A DNA stretch of 56,960 nucleotides from Candidatus Daviesbacteria bacterium. Lineage in GTDB: Bacteria > Patescibacteriota > Microgenomatia > Daviesbacterales > UBA10151. Positions within the stretch are counted from its first letter, which is position 1; each line of letters opens with the position of its first letter. The DNA lies in NCBI GenBank assembly GCA_030646805.1, contig JAUSKZ010000016.1, positions 1 through 56,960 on the forward strand, in the 5' to 3' direction. A program made the translations under genes and the position numbers. Shown in pieces: positions 8,070 through 16,576 of the stretch. Under the pieces are notes generated by a model that saw nothing but the letters and a program-made list of their open reading frames with translations, made no database searches and was not told where the DNA came from.

Positions 8070-8216
8070 TTAGCTACTTTTAATTTGAGTTTTTAAGAAT
8101 TTCACTTCTTCTTTGATCTGCCCAGCATAATTGTCTAATCTTTTAATCATTTCTAAAAGTTCCAAGAGTGCTGCTTCAACCATTTCGAAATTGTTAATTT
8201 TCTGTTTCATATACAT
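8070..8216 (-). CDS. Small hypothetical protein, 48 aa, predicted helical/coiled coil (below ORF-track cutoff)
   Basis: MYMKQKINNFEMVEAALLELLEMIKRLDNYAGQIKEEVKFLKTQIKSS. AAGGAGGTGA lies 8 nt upstream of the ATG. The stop is 18 nt before the ychF start. Confidence 0.5.
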   Translation of the reverse strand: MYMKQKINNFEMVEAALLELLEMIKRLDNYAGQIKEEVKFLKTQIKSS

Positions 8217-8247
8217 ATAACTCACCTCCTTATCATTTTTGAGCAAT

Positions 8248-8265
8248 AAAAAAGCCCCTCGGGCT
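8248..8265 (-). terminator. Candidate intrinsic terminator after the GH3 gene
   Basis: The minus strand reads AGCCC-GAG-GGGCT followed by TTTTTT. The stem is short (5 bp) with a 3-nt loop. Confidence 0.4.
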
Positions 8266-8325
8266 AGTGCCCTCGGAGCTATATGCTCTTCTCTTTATAT
8301 ACTATATCACTTCACCATTTCTACT

Positions 8326-9504
8326 TTATAAAGGAAGCTTAGCCCTCATCTCTAAAACTTTTTCCGCACTTATGTTAAGTTTAATCTGATCTACCTCTCC
8401 TGAATTCACTGCAGCTTCAATATCACTTACTAACTGGTCAATATCAATTTGCCTAACGGGTTCTTCTACCAGATTGTAATCATTAACATATAATAAAATA
8501 TGATTTCCTGCATTTATAGCCTGTATTGCATTTTTTACTACATCTTCGTACTGGGGATCTTGAGATTTTTGCAACATAATCATATCGTCAGTGATCGTGA
8601 TATTTTTAAAACCAGCCTCTTTCTCTAAAAGACTGTGCCACTTGGAAGATAAAGTAGCAGGACTATCGTCAACATTTTTATAGTTTAAATGTCCAAACAT
8701 TATAAATTCAGTATTAGCTTCTATTCCTGCTTTGAATGGTAGATAATCAAAACTTCTCCAGTCATCTTCACTCACTAAGACATCTGGTATGGTAATGTGT
8801 GAGTTACTAGAAGTTCTACCATGACCTGGGAAGTGTTTAAGGGTAGAGAGAACATAAGGGTGAGACCCTTGCAGTGCTGCAACTATATGATCTGAAACCT
8901 TTTTTGGATCTGCTCCAAATACTCGGGGAAAGATAAAAGAACTTTCATTTCCAGTAATATCAGCTACAATTCCAAAGTTAAGGTTTATTCCTAAATCATG
9001 AAGCATGATGCTTCTCTTTTGGAAGGCTGAGTAAGTTTCCTTAGGTGATAGACTTTTAAGCTGCTCAGAACACAAGAAATTATCACTAGGGATACGTTTA
9101 ACAGTACATCCCTCCTCGTCAATCGCGATTAAAGATGGATATGGTGAAGAAACTTCCTGAATAGCTGAAGTCAGTTCTCTTATCTGGTCATTGTTATTTG
9201 AAATATTATCATCCATTAAAATCACTCCTGCAGGATGATATTTAGATATGAAGGATGCTATCTCCTTTGCATCAGTTCCCGGGGTGTGTAAAATCATAAG
9301 AGATAATATTTTGTCACGTAAGCTCATTCCAGAGATTTTTTGTTGTAAATCTGAAGTTGTATTATTTGTCCCAGGGGTAGATGTAGGCGGTATTTTAGGG
9401 AGAGTTTTTGGAGAACTATTCAAGAAAATGTAAATACCTAGTGCAATTAATCCAAGTAATATTAATAAAATAACTAAGTATTTAACTGATAAGAGAGTTT
9501 TCAT
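8326..9504 (-). CDS. Glycoside hydrolase family 3 N-terminal domain protein (NagZ-like beta-N-acetylhexosaminidase), membrane anchored
   Basis: KHFPGHG motif, ITDDMIM nucleophile context and an N-terminal TM helix. Confidence 0.75.
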   Translation of the reverse strand: MKTLLSVKYLVILLILLGLIALGIYIFLNSSPKTLPKIPPTSTPGTNNTTSDLQQKISGMSLRDKILSLMILHTPGTDAKEIASFISKYHPAGVILMDDNISNNNDQIRELTSAIQEVSSPYPSLIAIDEEGCTVKRIPSDNFLCSEQLKSLSPKETYSAFQKRSIMLHDLGINLNFGIVADITGNESSFIFPRVFGADPKKVSDHIVAALQGSHPYVLSTLKHFPGHGRTSSNSHITIPDVLVSEDDWRSFDYLPFKAGIEANTEFIMFGHLNYKNVDDSPATLSSKWHSLLEKEAGFKNITITDDMIMLQKSQDPQYEDVVKNAIQAINAGNHILLYVNDYNLVEEPVRQIDIDQLVSDIEAAVNSGEVDQIKLNISAEKVLEMRAKLPL

Positions 9505-9531
9505 TATTAGAATCCTATTAAGAAGAAAACT

Positions 9532-10635
9532 TTATTGAACTTGGGATATATTTGCATTGTCAATCTTCCATACCTCATCTTCTATAACTAATGTATACAC
9601 ACCTGAGTAAACTTTATATAAGACTTGACCACTTACATCATCAACTGATCCCAATTTTATTTTGACAGTATTATTCCCATTACCAGGACCAATATCTAAA
9701 AGAAAAACATTTAAAGTTGTGTCGTATCCATGCAGCCATCGGTCATAACCTTGAACATAATTTTGGAATCTTTTGCTTAATAAGTTCCATGCAACATCTA
9801 ACTGTCGTATAGAAATATAATAGTAATAAAGATTAACAGTAGTTTCTGGAGAGAATTGATTGTCGTCATCCTTAACAGTTGACTGAAATTGCTTAGGACC
9901 AGTTGCAATTAAAGAGTCAGTCATGGATTTGGTTGTTTTGGAGGAGATCGCGAACTTTAAACCTTCTGTCCCACTAATACTTGCTGCATAAATACCTATA
10001 ACTTCGCCACAGCTTGTGATAACTGGACTACCACTATTTCCCGGGTTAAGATTAGCATCTATTTGTATATACTCTACTCCAGTTTCTTCAACATATCTTT
10101 TTGCAGAGTAAGCACCTTTAGTTACTGTTGCTTCCCCAGGTAAACCTTGACCTAGAGGAAAACCTATTCCAATCAGAGTCTGACCTTGAGTTAGTTTATC
10201 AGAGTCTCCAAAAGGTAATGCTTTCAAGTTATTTCTATCAACTTTAATTACGGCTAAATCGGTTTTTTCATCCCAGTTAAATACTTTGCCGATAACCTGT
10301 GTTTTATCAGAAAATATAATTCTGGGAGATTCGCTATCCTTAACAACATGATAATTAGTTAGAATATAACCCTCAGCCTTAATAGCAAAACCACTTCCTT
10401 CTCCTTGATCTGTAGAAACTCTAACAACTGAATCTTTGGTATTTTGAATAACGTTCGCCTCATTACAATTGTTATTGTTAGTAGGTAATTGGGGGTTAAA
10501 AGTTGAAGTCGTTGCAAAATTTCTAATTTGGTCTTGATTATTAAAAAGATATACGATTAAACCACCTAAGAGGATAAGGAGGAATTTAAAAACCAGACTG
10601 TTAGTAAATGGTTCTTCGAAGCTTCTTTTTGCCAT
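9532..10635 (-). CDS. Trypsin-like serine protease (S1 family), membrane anchored, with unrelated C-terminal domain instead of PDZ
   Basis: TNYHVV, DLAVIKV and GNSGSPV. The C-terminal ~110 aa (AWNLLSKRFQNYV...VWKIDN) looks NTF2-like. That fold guess is weak. Confidence 0.75.
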   Translation of the reverse strand: MAKRSFEEPFTNSLVFKFLLILLGGLIVYLFNNQDQIRNFATTSTFNPQLPTNNNNCNEANVIQNTKDSVVRVSTDQGEGSGFAIKAEGYILTNYHVVKDSESPRIIFSDKTQVIGKVFNWDEKTDLAVIKVDRNNLKALPFGDSDKLTQGQTLIGIGFPLGQGLPGEATVTKGAYSAKRYVEETGVEYIQIDANLNPGNSGSPVITSCGEVIGIYAASISGTEGLKFAISSKTTKSMTDSLIATGPKQFQSTVKDDDNQFSPETTVNLYYYYISIRQLDVAWNLLSKRFQNYVQGYDRWLHGYDTTLNVFLLDIGPGNGNNTVKIKLGSVDDVSGQVLYKVYSGVYTLVIEDEVWKIDNANISQVQ

Positions 10636-10912
10636 TTGTGAAGCAGCTTACTTGTCTAAATACTAGTCTTAGGCTCATATAAAGTCAAGCTAGCAGCTAT
10701 AGTTGTGGAGGTCTTGAGTGGATTATTCTCCCAATCTCATCTCTTTGAGAAATTATTCTCCATTTTCTTAATTTTGGAAACTAAATTTAAGTCACAGATC
10801 CTGAGTATAACCGAAGGGCTCAAATGGGATGTAATTAACCTCAAAATGCTTTGTTCTGTTCCCGCTATCCTACTCGTAAACTCATTCCCCAACTTTCCTT
10901 TCTTTAAAGAAA

Positions 10913-11383
10913 TTACTTAGCATAAAATTTATTAACAATACCCAAACTAACTTCACTAGTAATAGCATCAAATAAATCATCAAATTCATTATATGACTTT
11001 AAATAATTATCATGTCTAAGAAAAGTATCTCCTTTTTTCGGGTACCGTAAACTGTTTGTATCAATCAATAAAAGATCGTACTTCTCAACTAATGTTACTA
11101 TCTGTCCGAGCAATTTAGGATCTTTTTCTTTTTTAATTGCATTCAATACATTTTCAAATTTATGTCCTAAACTTTGCAATTCAGAATCAAAGGAGTATTT
11201 TTCTTTGTTTAGTAGAATCAGATAAGACTTAAGATACATCTCTAAGCCTATTAGTAAACAATATATTGCAATAACTTTTTCTGCTGTTCCTAAGTTTATA
11301 TTCTGACGATATAAACCATACCAGATTTTTGAATTATTTAGCATGCCTAGGGGTGTGATATCATAATCAAGATTTGTTTTCAT
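10913..11383 (-). CDS. HEPN-domain-like protein, no adjacent nucleotidyltransferase partner
   Basis: LGHKFENVL and LRYPKK resemble the two conserved helices of the PF05168-type HEPN domain. This assignment is from memory of the family only. Confidence 0.4.
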   Translation of the reverse strand: MKTNLDYDITPLGMLNNSKIWYGLYRQNINLGTAEKVIAIYCLLIGLEMYLKSYLILLNKEKYSFDSELQSLGHKFENVLNAIKKEKDPKLLGQIVTLVEKYDLLLIDTNSLRYPKKGDTFLRHDNYLKSYNEFDDLFDAITSEVSLGIVNKFYAK

Positions 11384-11512
11384 AATTTTTCTGCTTTAAG
11401 TTAGGTAAGACAAAATTGAACTTAAATTCTAAAGTTGTGATAGTCGCCTGATAATCCCTACACGCATAGTAAAGCTCCGCCTACTCTTAAACTCATATGG
11501 TAGATTATATTA

Positions 11513-11758
11513 TTATTTCTTTAAGGCTTGATAGAATTCCTCTTTTGAAAAACCACTTTGACGAATCATTGAGCCTAAAGTACCAGGTCTAAATTCTAAG
11601 TTTGTTCCATGAAAAGCAACTGTAACCGCATAACTTTTATTGTTTCTTTTTAATGTCCAGGTTTGATGCGATGATCCTGTACCAGATTCTTGAATGAACC
11701 CCAAATTATTAAGAATAGTCGTTACTTCTCTATATTTAAGAGCCTTAAATCTAGGCAT
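11513..11758 (-). CDS. hicA: HicA family mRNA interferase toxin
   Basis: 81 aa with YREVTTILNNLGF...GSSHQTW pattern. Overlaps the upstream hicB by 8 nt. Confidence 0.8.
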   Translation of the reverse strand: MPRFKALKYREVTTILNNLGFIQESGTGSSHQTWTLKRNNKSYAVTVAFHGTNLEFRPGTLGSMIRQSGFSKEEFYQALKK

Positions 11759-12071
11759 ACACTAAACCAGAGGATTGAGTAGTAAAAAACTGGAATGGAG
11801 AAAAGCTTCTTTTTGGTGCCTGTTCTCTTGTAATTTCCTTTAATTTATCCCAATACTCTTTAGGAGCTGGGCGGTTAATTAATTCATTAGGCAAACCCAT
11901 TTTTTTAGCAGCTTTAAAATGAGAGGAAATTGCATCATTTATGCTTAAGATTGCTTCCTGCAAAGTGGTCCGTCCTTCTTCAACAATATCCAAATCAAGA
12001 CAAACCCCAGTAAAGGAACCATCTTTTTCTTGATATGCAATATTTCTGAAAGAGAATTGTAGGTCTGTCAT
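11751..12071 (-). CDS. hicB: HicB family antitoxin (UPF0150-like N-terminal domain)
   Basis: YQEKDGSFTGVCLDLDIVEEGRTTLQEAI pattern. Located upstream of hicA. Confidence 0.7.
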   Translation of the reverse strand: MTDLQFSFRNIAYQEKDGSFTGVCLDLDIVEEGRTTLQEAILSINDAISSHFKAAKKMGLPNELINRPAPKEYWDKLKEITREQAPKRSFSPFQFFTTQSSGLVYA

Positions 12072-12089
12072 ACGGTGACATTATACTAC

Positions 12090-12527
12090 TTATTCAGGTG
12101 ATCCACTTGGACTAGCTTGAGCACCCTGTCCCATTCTAAACATCGGGTTTAACTGAACATTTTGAGCTGTAACAGTTCCGTCTGAGTTAGTAGTACCAAA
12201 AACACCTACTTTTACCCCATTTTTGAGATCAGCCATTGAACCAGTGTCTGTTTTGCTAACGGTTACAGAATCAGAAAGTAGCACAATTTTACTACTACCA
12301 TCTTCTAATTTAACAGTTATAGAGTTATCATCTGTACTTATAATTTCCCCTATAACCGCACCTCCATTCATTCTACCCATTCCACCTAAGCCATTGGGTC
12401 CACCCATGCCTCTTTGAAATTGTCCTCTTATATTATTTATACCTGTAGCTTTGGTCCCTTGATACTTCATTCCGCCAAAAAAAGCTACCGCCCCCACTAC
12501 CAAAATTGCAATAATAATCATAACCAA
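12090..12527 (-). CDS. Membrane-anchored DUF5666-like protein
   Basis: TM helix, a Gly-rich linker, then ITVKLEDGSSKIVLLSDSVTVSK...DLKNGVKVGVFG...DGTVTAQNVQL. Last gene of the ABC efflux operon. Confidence 0.45.
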   Translation of the reverse strand: MVMIIIAILVVGAVAFFGGMKYQGTKATGINNIRGQFQRGMGGPNGLGGMGRMNGGAVIGEIISTDDNSITVKLEDGSSKIVLLSDSVTVSKTDTGSMADLKNGVKVGVFGTTNSDGTVTAQNVQLNPMFRMGQGAQASPSGSPE

Positions 12528-12565
12528 TTGTTTATTTTTTATATTTTCACCTCCTCTCTATTCTG

Positions 12566-13813
12566 TTATTCATATCGTAATGCTTCTATTGGTTGTAAGT
12601 TAGCGGCTTTTCTGGCTGGATACCAACCAAACAGTATCCCTATTCCTGCTGATACTGCAAAGGCTAAAAGAATGGAATTTGGAGAAATAACAAAAGGGAA
12701 ATTGGTAAATCTGGATATTATATATGAGGCTAAAATTCCTATTCCTATTCCTATAATACCCCCTACAAAGGTCAGGATTATTGATTCTACTAAAAACTGA
12801 GTGACGATTGTTTTCTTCTTGGCTCCTAAAGCTTTTCTAAGACCTATTTCTCTGGTTCGTTCAGTCACAGTTACCAACATAATATTCATAATTCCAATTC
12901 CTCCAACCAAAAGGGAAATTGCAGCCACTCCTGCTAAAAAAGTAGTAAATATTCCTGTTGTTTGATTTACTGTATTTAATAGATCTTGTTGGTTAATGAT
13001 AGAAAAATCCTTTTTTGATGGATCAGTTAACTTGTGCCTTCCGAGTAAAAAATATCCAACCTCGTTTTGTGCAGCCAACATTACCTCAGCAGATTTTGCT
13101 TCCAATACAATAGAGGTTACGTGCGAAGCACCAAATAATTGTTTTTGGGCTGTTGTAATTGGAACCCATACAATATCATCTTGATTGCCAAACCCAGTAC
13201 CACCTTTTGAAGTAGTTACCCCAATAATGGTAAATGTCTGACCATTTATTCGGATGGTCTGCCCTAAAGGACTGGTATTTTCTCCAAATGAGCAATTCTG
13301 CTCTTCTGCGCAGAATAAATCAGTAACCACAGTAGGGCCCACAACTGCTACCTTTGCCGTTCCTTTTACTTGACTTTCATTAATAAAATTTCCTGAAGCT
13401 AGAGTTATATTCCTGACATCTTTATAAACTGGGGTGACTCCAATTACTTGGGTATTAGTATTAGTCCTACCTGTAGTAACCTGAGTTCTACTTGAATACT
13501 CAGGAGAAACATTTTTGATAGTAGTAATTTGTGGTGATGTTTTTAAGCTTTCAGCATCTTCCAGTGTTAAAGTTGCCCCTCCACCTACTGCTCCTTGTAC
13601 TCCGCTTTGATCTTGACCACCTGGTTGAACAGTTAGTAGATTCGAACCTAGTGATTGAATTTGAGATTGTATTTCTTGGGAGGCAGATTGACCAAGAGAG
13701 ATAAGAGTAATAACACTGCCAATACCAATCACAATACCTAAAGTAGCAAGACCAGTTCTTAGTTTATTTACTGTTAGTGTGCCTATTGCTTCAGTTATTA
13801 TTTCTGTGTCCAT
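12566..13813 (-). CDS. MacB-like ABC transporter permease (FtsX family with periplasmic MacB domain)
   Basis: Four-TM FtsX topology and the C-terminal YPARKAANLQPIEALRYE signature. The ATG at 13813 has AAGGAG upstream. The ORF-track start 13846 would overlap the ATPase gene by 56 nt. Confidence 0.85.
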   Translation of the reverse strand: MDTEIITEAIGTLTVNKLRTGLATLGIVIGIGSVITLISLGQSASQEIQSQIQSLGSNLLTVQPGGQDQSGVQGAVGGGATLTLEDAESLKTSPQITTIKNVSPEYSSRTQVTTGRTNTNTQVIGVTPVYKDVRNITLASGNFINESQVKGTAKVAVVGPTVVTDLFCAEEQNCSFGENTSPLGQTIRINGQTFTIIGVTTSKGGTGFGNQDDIVWVPITTAQKQLFGASHVTSIVLEAKSAEVMLAAQNEVGYFLLGRHKLTDPSKKDFSIINQQDLLNTVNQTTGIFTTFLAGVAAISLLVGGIGIMNIMLVTVTERTREIGLRKALGAKKKTIVTQFLVESIILTFVGGIIGIGIGILASYIISRFTNFPFVISPNSILLAFAVSAGIGILFGWYPARKAANLQPIEALRYE

Positions 13814-14543
13814 TTGCTCTCCTTTGCGTGTGTTTTGAGGAATCATTCACAATCCGTCCGTCTCTAATGTGGATTACCCTCTTGGCGTGTTCTGCTATAT
13901 TAGGTTCGTGAGTAATCATGACAATAGTATGACCATCCTCATTTATTTTTTGAAAGATTTCCATAATCTCTTCCGCTTGAACTGTTGCAATATTCCCAGT
14001 AGGCTCATCAGCCAGTAAAATTGCTGGGTTCATAGCTAAACCCCTGGCAATTGCAACTCTTTGTTGTTGCCCACCTGATAACTGATTAGAACCATGATTT
14101 AATCTATCTCCTAAACCAACCATCTTTAAATACTTCTCAGCTCTCATCTGTCTTTCCTCCTTTGGAATACCTGCGTACCTCATAGGTAATATGACATTAT
14201 TAAGAGCTGAGGTACGGGGTAGTAAGTTAAATGCTTGAAAAATAAAGCCTATTTTTCTATTCCTAATATCAGAGAGTTCATCATCAGATAATTTTTGAAC
14301 TTCTTCACCGTCTAAAATATAGGTACCAGATGTTGGAGTGTCTAGGGCTCCAATTATATGCATCAGGGTAGATTTACCAGAGCCTGATGGGCCCATGATG
14401 GCTACAAACTCTCCTTTTTTAATTTTAAATGAGACATCATCTAAGGCTACAGTTTCTAACTCACCAGTCTTGTAAGCGGAGCTTGAAAGCCCTGTGGGCT
14501 TATAAATCTTTGATAAATTTTTGGCTTGAATAATTACTGACAT
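13791..14543 (-). CDS. ABC transporter ATP-binding protein (MacB/LolD type)
   Basis: Walker A GPSGSGKST, signature LSGGQQQRVAIAR and Walker B ILLADEPT. Confidence 0.92.
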   Translation of the reverse strand: MSVIIQAKNLSKIYKPTGLSSSAYKTGELETVALDDVSFKIKKGEFVAIMGPSGSGKSTLMHIIGALDTPTSGTYILDGEEVQKLSDDELSDIRNRKIGFIFQAFNLLPRTSALNNVILPMRYAGIPKEERQMRAEKYLKMVGLGDRLNHGSNQLSGGQQQRVAIARGLAMNPAILLADEPTGNIATVQAEEIMEIFQKINEDGHTIVMITHEPNIAEHAKRVIHIRDGRIVNDSSKHTQRRANGHRNNN

Positions 14544-14546
14544 AGA

Positions 14547-15848
14547 TCACCTTCTTTGAGCTCCACCAAATCCACCTGTGCCCCCAAACCCACCTCTGGT
14601 ATTACCAAATGGAGAGGTTGCACCTGTTCCACTAGTGCCTGTGGTAGTTGTGGTTGTCTCACCTGTAATCACAATATCTCCCTCATTTATGCCTGATATT
14701 ATTTCAGTTTGAGTATCATTAGAATTACCAACTTCAACAGATACTGATGTTTCTTGACCCGCTTCGCCGCGAGGCGAGTTATCTCGCATAACTCTTACGG
14801 TGGATTGCCCATTTGAAGTTTGCAAAGCTCCAGAAGGTATCAAAATAACATTATTTTTGACATCAGTAATAATGGTGGCATTAACAGCCATATTTGGATA
14901 AATTGTGTCAACCGCCGTATCAAAAGTAATTGTTGCGGGGTAGGTTGTAACATTTGATGAAACTGAACCATTGGTGTTTACAACAACAACGACGCCTGTA
15001 AAACTTTTATCAGGCAAAGCATCAAGAGTTAATATGACTTTTTGTCCTATTTTTACCTTAACAACATCAATTTCTGTAAGATTTACACTAACCTGGGGCA
15101 TACCCCCCTCTATAGTTATAGTTCCTAAGCTCGTAGGGGATGTAGTCCCAGTAATCGACATACCTGGAGCTAAACTCAAACCAGACACTCTACCAGACAT
15201 AGGCGCTGTAACTGTTCGAGAAAGCTGAGAGTATGATAACCAAGAGGAATTTAGAGAGGCTTTTGAAGCTGTAATAATATTTTGCTGATTTTTATAATCA
15301 TTTTCCGCTTTTAACCAATCTGAATTTTGTTGTATATAGGTGGGATTATCTGTAGTCAAACCTCTTGCAACAGCATCTTTGATCAAGTCTTGCTGAACTT
15401 GCCACATTGTCGAGTTTAAACTATTCAAAGAGTTTTGAGCCGAGGCGAGAGAATTTTTAGCAGAAAGATAAGAAGCCCAAGCGGCAGCTTGTTTTTGGCT
15501 GGACGTTACATCTAAAGTTATATCTGCAATTCTCTGGCCGGCAGTTATAATATCACCATCTTTAACATACACATTTGAAACAATACCTGTAGCTTGAGTT
15601 GTAATAGATGCCCCACTTGCTTGGGAAACTGTGCCTGAGGCGGTAACTGATGTGATTAAAGATCCTTTTTCTGCCTGGGCTGTTTGATAAGTTGGTTGTT
15701 GCTGCCCAAGGCTTTGAATTCGCGTGCCTCCAAACCAACCAATTGCTAAAATAACGGCTAATATCGCTAACTTCTTTTTTAAAGATGCCTTTAATATCCA
15801 GTTCGGGAGTCCTGCTAACCTCTTAATAATAGACTTGAATAAATCCAT
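14547..15848 (-). CDS. Periplasmic adaptor (membrane fusion protein, HlyD/MacA family)
   Basis: TM anchor, a lipoyl-like hairpin (GDIITAGQRIADI), a coiled-coil region and a beta-barrel. Gly/Thr-rich tail. Confidence 0.8.
   Translation of the reverse strand: MDLFKSIIKRLAGLPNWILKASLKKKLAILAVILAIGWFGGTRIQSLGQQQPTYQTAQAEKGSLITSVTASGTVSQASGASITTQATGIVSNVYVKDGDIITAGQRIADITLDVTSSQKQAAAWASYLSAKNSLASAQNSLNSLNSTMWQVQQDLIKDAVARGLTTDNPTYIQQNSDWLKAENDYKNQQNIITASKASLNSSWLSYSQLSRTVTAPMSGRVSGLSLAPGMSITGTTSPTSLGTITIEGGMPQVSVNLTEIDVVKVKIGQKVILTLDALPDKSFTGVVVVVNTNGSVSSNVTTYPATITFDTAVDTIYPNMAVNATIITDVKNNVILIPSGALQTSNGQSTVRVMRDNSPRGEAGQETSVSVEVGNSNDTQTEIISGINEGDIVITGETTTTTTGTSGTGATSPFGNTRGGFGGTGGFGGAQRR
14758..14778. 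repeat. GC-rich hairpin repeat (family B) inside the adaptor gene
   Basis: CCCGCTTCGCCGCGAGGCGAG shares CCCGCTTCGCC and GCGAGGCGAG with 24107-24136. It can fold as TCGCC-GCGA-GGCGA and encodes SPRGEAG. Confidence 0.7.
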
Positions 15849-15930
15849 ATAAATATTACTTTAATAAATAAACCTGAGAAATAGCTGAAACCCAGATACG
15901 TTCAGATCCTTCCATAATTATTCATTCATA

Positions 15931-16290
15931 CTACGGGAATAATTTACGAACGCTTTTTAAAATTTTACTCTTAACTCCTGGAGATAACTCCCCAACGACA
16001 CCCTTAATAATAGTTATATCGGCTGTGAACAATTTATCTGGTCGTACGAAACTCGTGACTGGTAAATTACCTTTAGCAAAATCCTCAGATTTAATACAGA
16101 TAGCTATTTTGCTCGTATAAGGCTTTGAAGTGATTTGACATAAAACAAGATTGTCAAACTCAACATTTGCTAGGACTAATGCTGGACGGACTTTTTGACC
16201 TTTTAAATTGGAAAACGGAAATATAACTAAAACAACGCTGCCAACATTTAGTGCGAAGTGCGAGGCTTTGCCTATTGCAAGCTTGCCCAT
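15931..16290 (-). CDS. mazF: MazF/PemK family toxin
   Basis: VVLVIFPFSNLKGQKVRPALVL...VRPDKLFT pattern. Overlaps mazE by 19 nt. Confidence 0.8.
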   Translation of the reverse strand: MGKLAIGKASHFALNVGSVVLVIFPFSNLKGQKVRPALVLANVEFDNLVLCQITSKPYTSKIAICIKSEDFAKGNLPVTSFVRPDKLFTADITIIKGVVGELSPGVKSKILKSVRKLFP

Positions 16291-16511
16291 GCTTTCTCCT
16301 CTTCAGGTCGATCCCAGTCAACCGATAGTGTTTTTTCCGAGAACATTAAGGTAGTTGCTACATTGGTACTTTTTAAAGGTGCTGGAATAATTCTTATCTC
16401 ACCCTTTTTTACCTGTAACTCAACCTCACCACCAAGACCACTTTCAGTAAGCACAGGTTTTGGTATACGTATTCCACGGGAATTTCCTATATTAATAATT
16501 GTTGTTATCAT
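16272..16511 (-). CDS. mazE: MazE/AbrB (SpoVT) family antitoxin
   Basis: Swapped-hairpin motif IGNSRGIRIPKPVL. The start is assigned to the ATG at 16511 because of the promoter immediately upstream. Confidence 0.75.
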   Translation of the reverse strand: MITTIINIGNSRGIRIPKPVLTESGLGGEVELQVKKGEIRIIPAPLKSTNVATTLMFSEKTLSVDWDRPEEEKAWASLQ

Positions 16512-16549
16512 TGTAATTACATTGTAGCTACATACAAAAAGAATGTCAA
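16512..16549 (-). promoter_or_regulatory. Consensus sigma-70-type promoter abutting the mazE start (leaderless)
   Basis: Minus strand: TTGACA (16549-16544), 17-nt spacer, TACAAT (16526-16521), 9 nt, ATG (16511). No SD. Confidence 0.55.
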
Positions 16550-16576
16550 GCGTCAGAGACTCATCCAAGCACTCGA

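Noticed and set aside
10705-10920. 71-aa plus-strand ORF in the 278-bp gap between the protease and HEPN genes.
   Set aside because: GTG start without an SD or promoter, and a hydrophobic low-complexity product. It overlaps the HEPN gene end. The region contains REP-like debris.
13630-13650. GATTCGAACC, a T-loop-like string, and other GTTCG-type strings checked as tRNA signatures.
   Set aside because: They lie inside coding sequence or lack acceptor and anticodon stems. No cloverleaf could be built in any intergenic gap.
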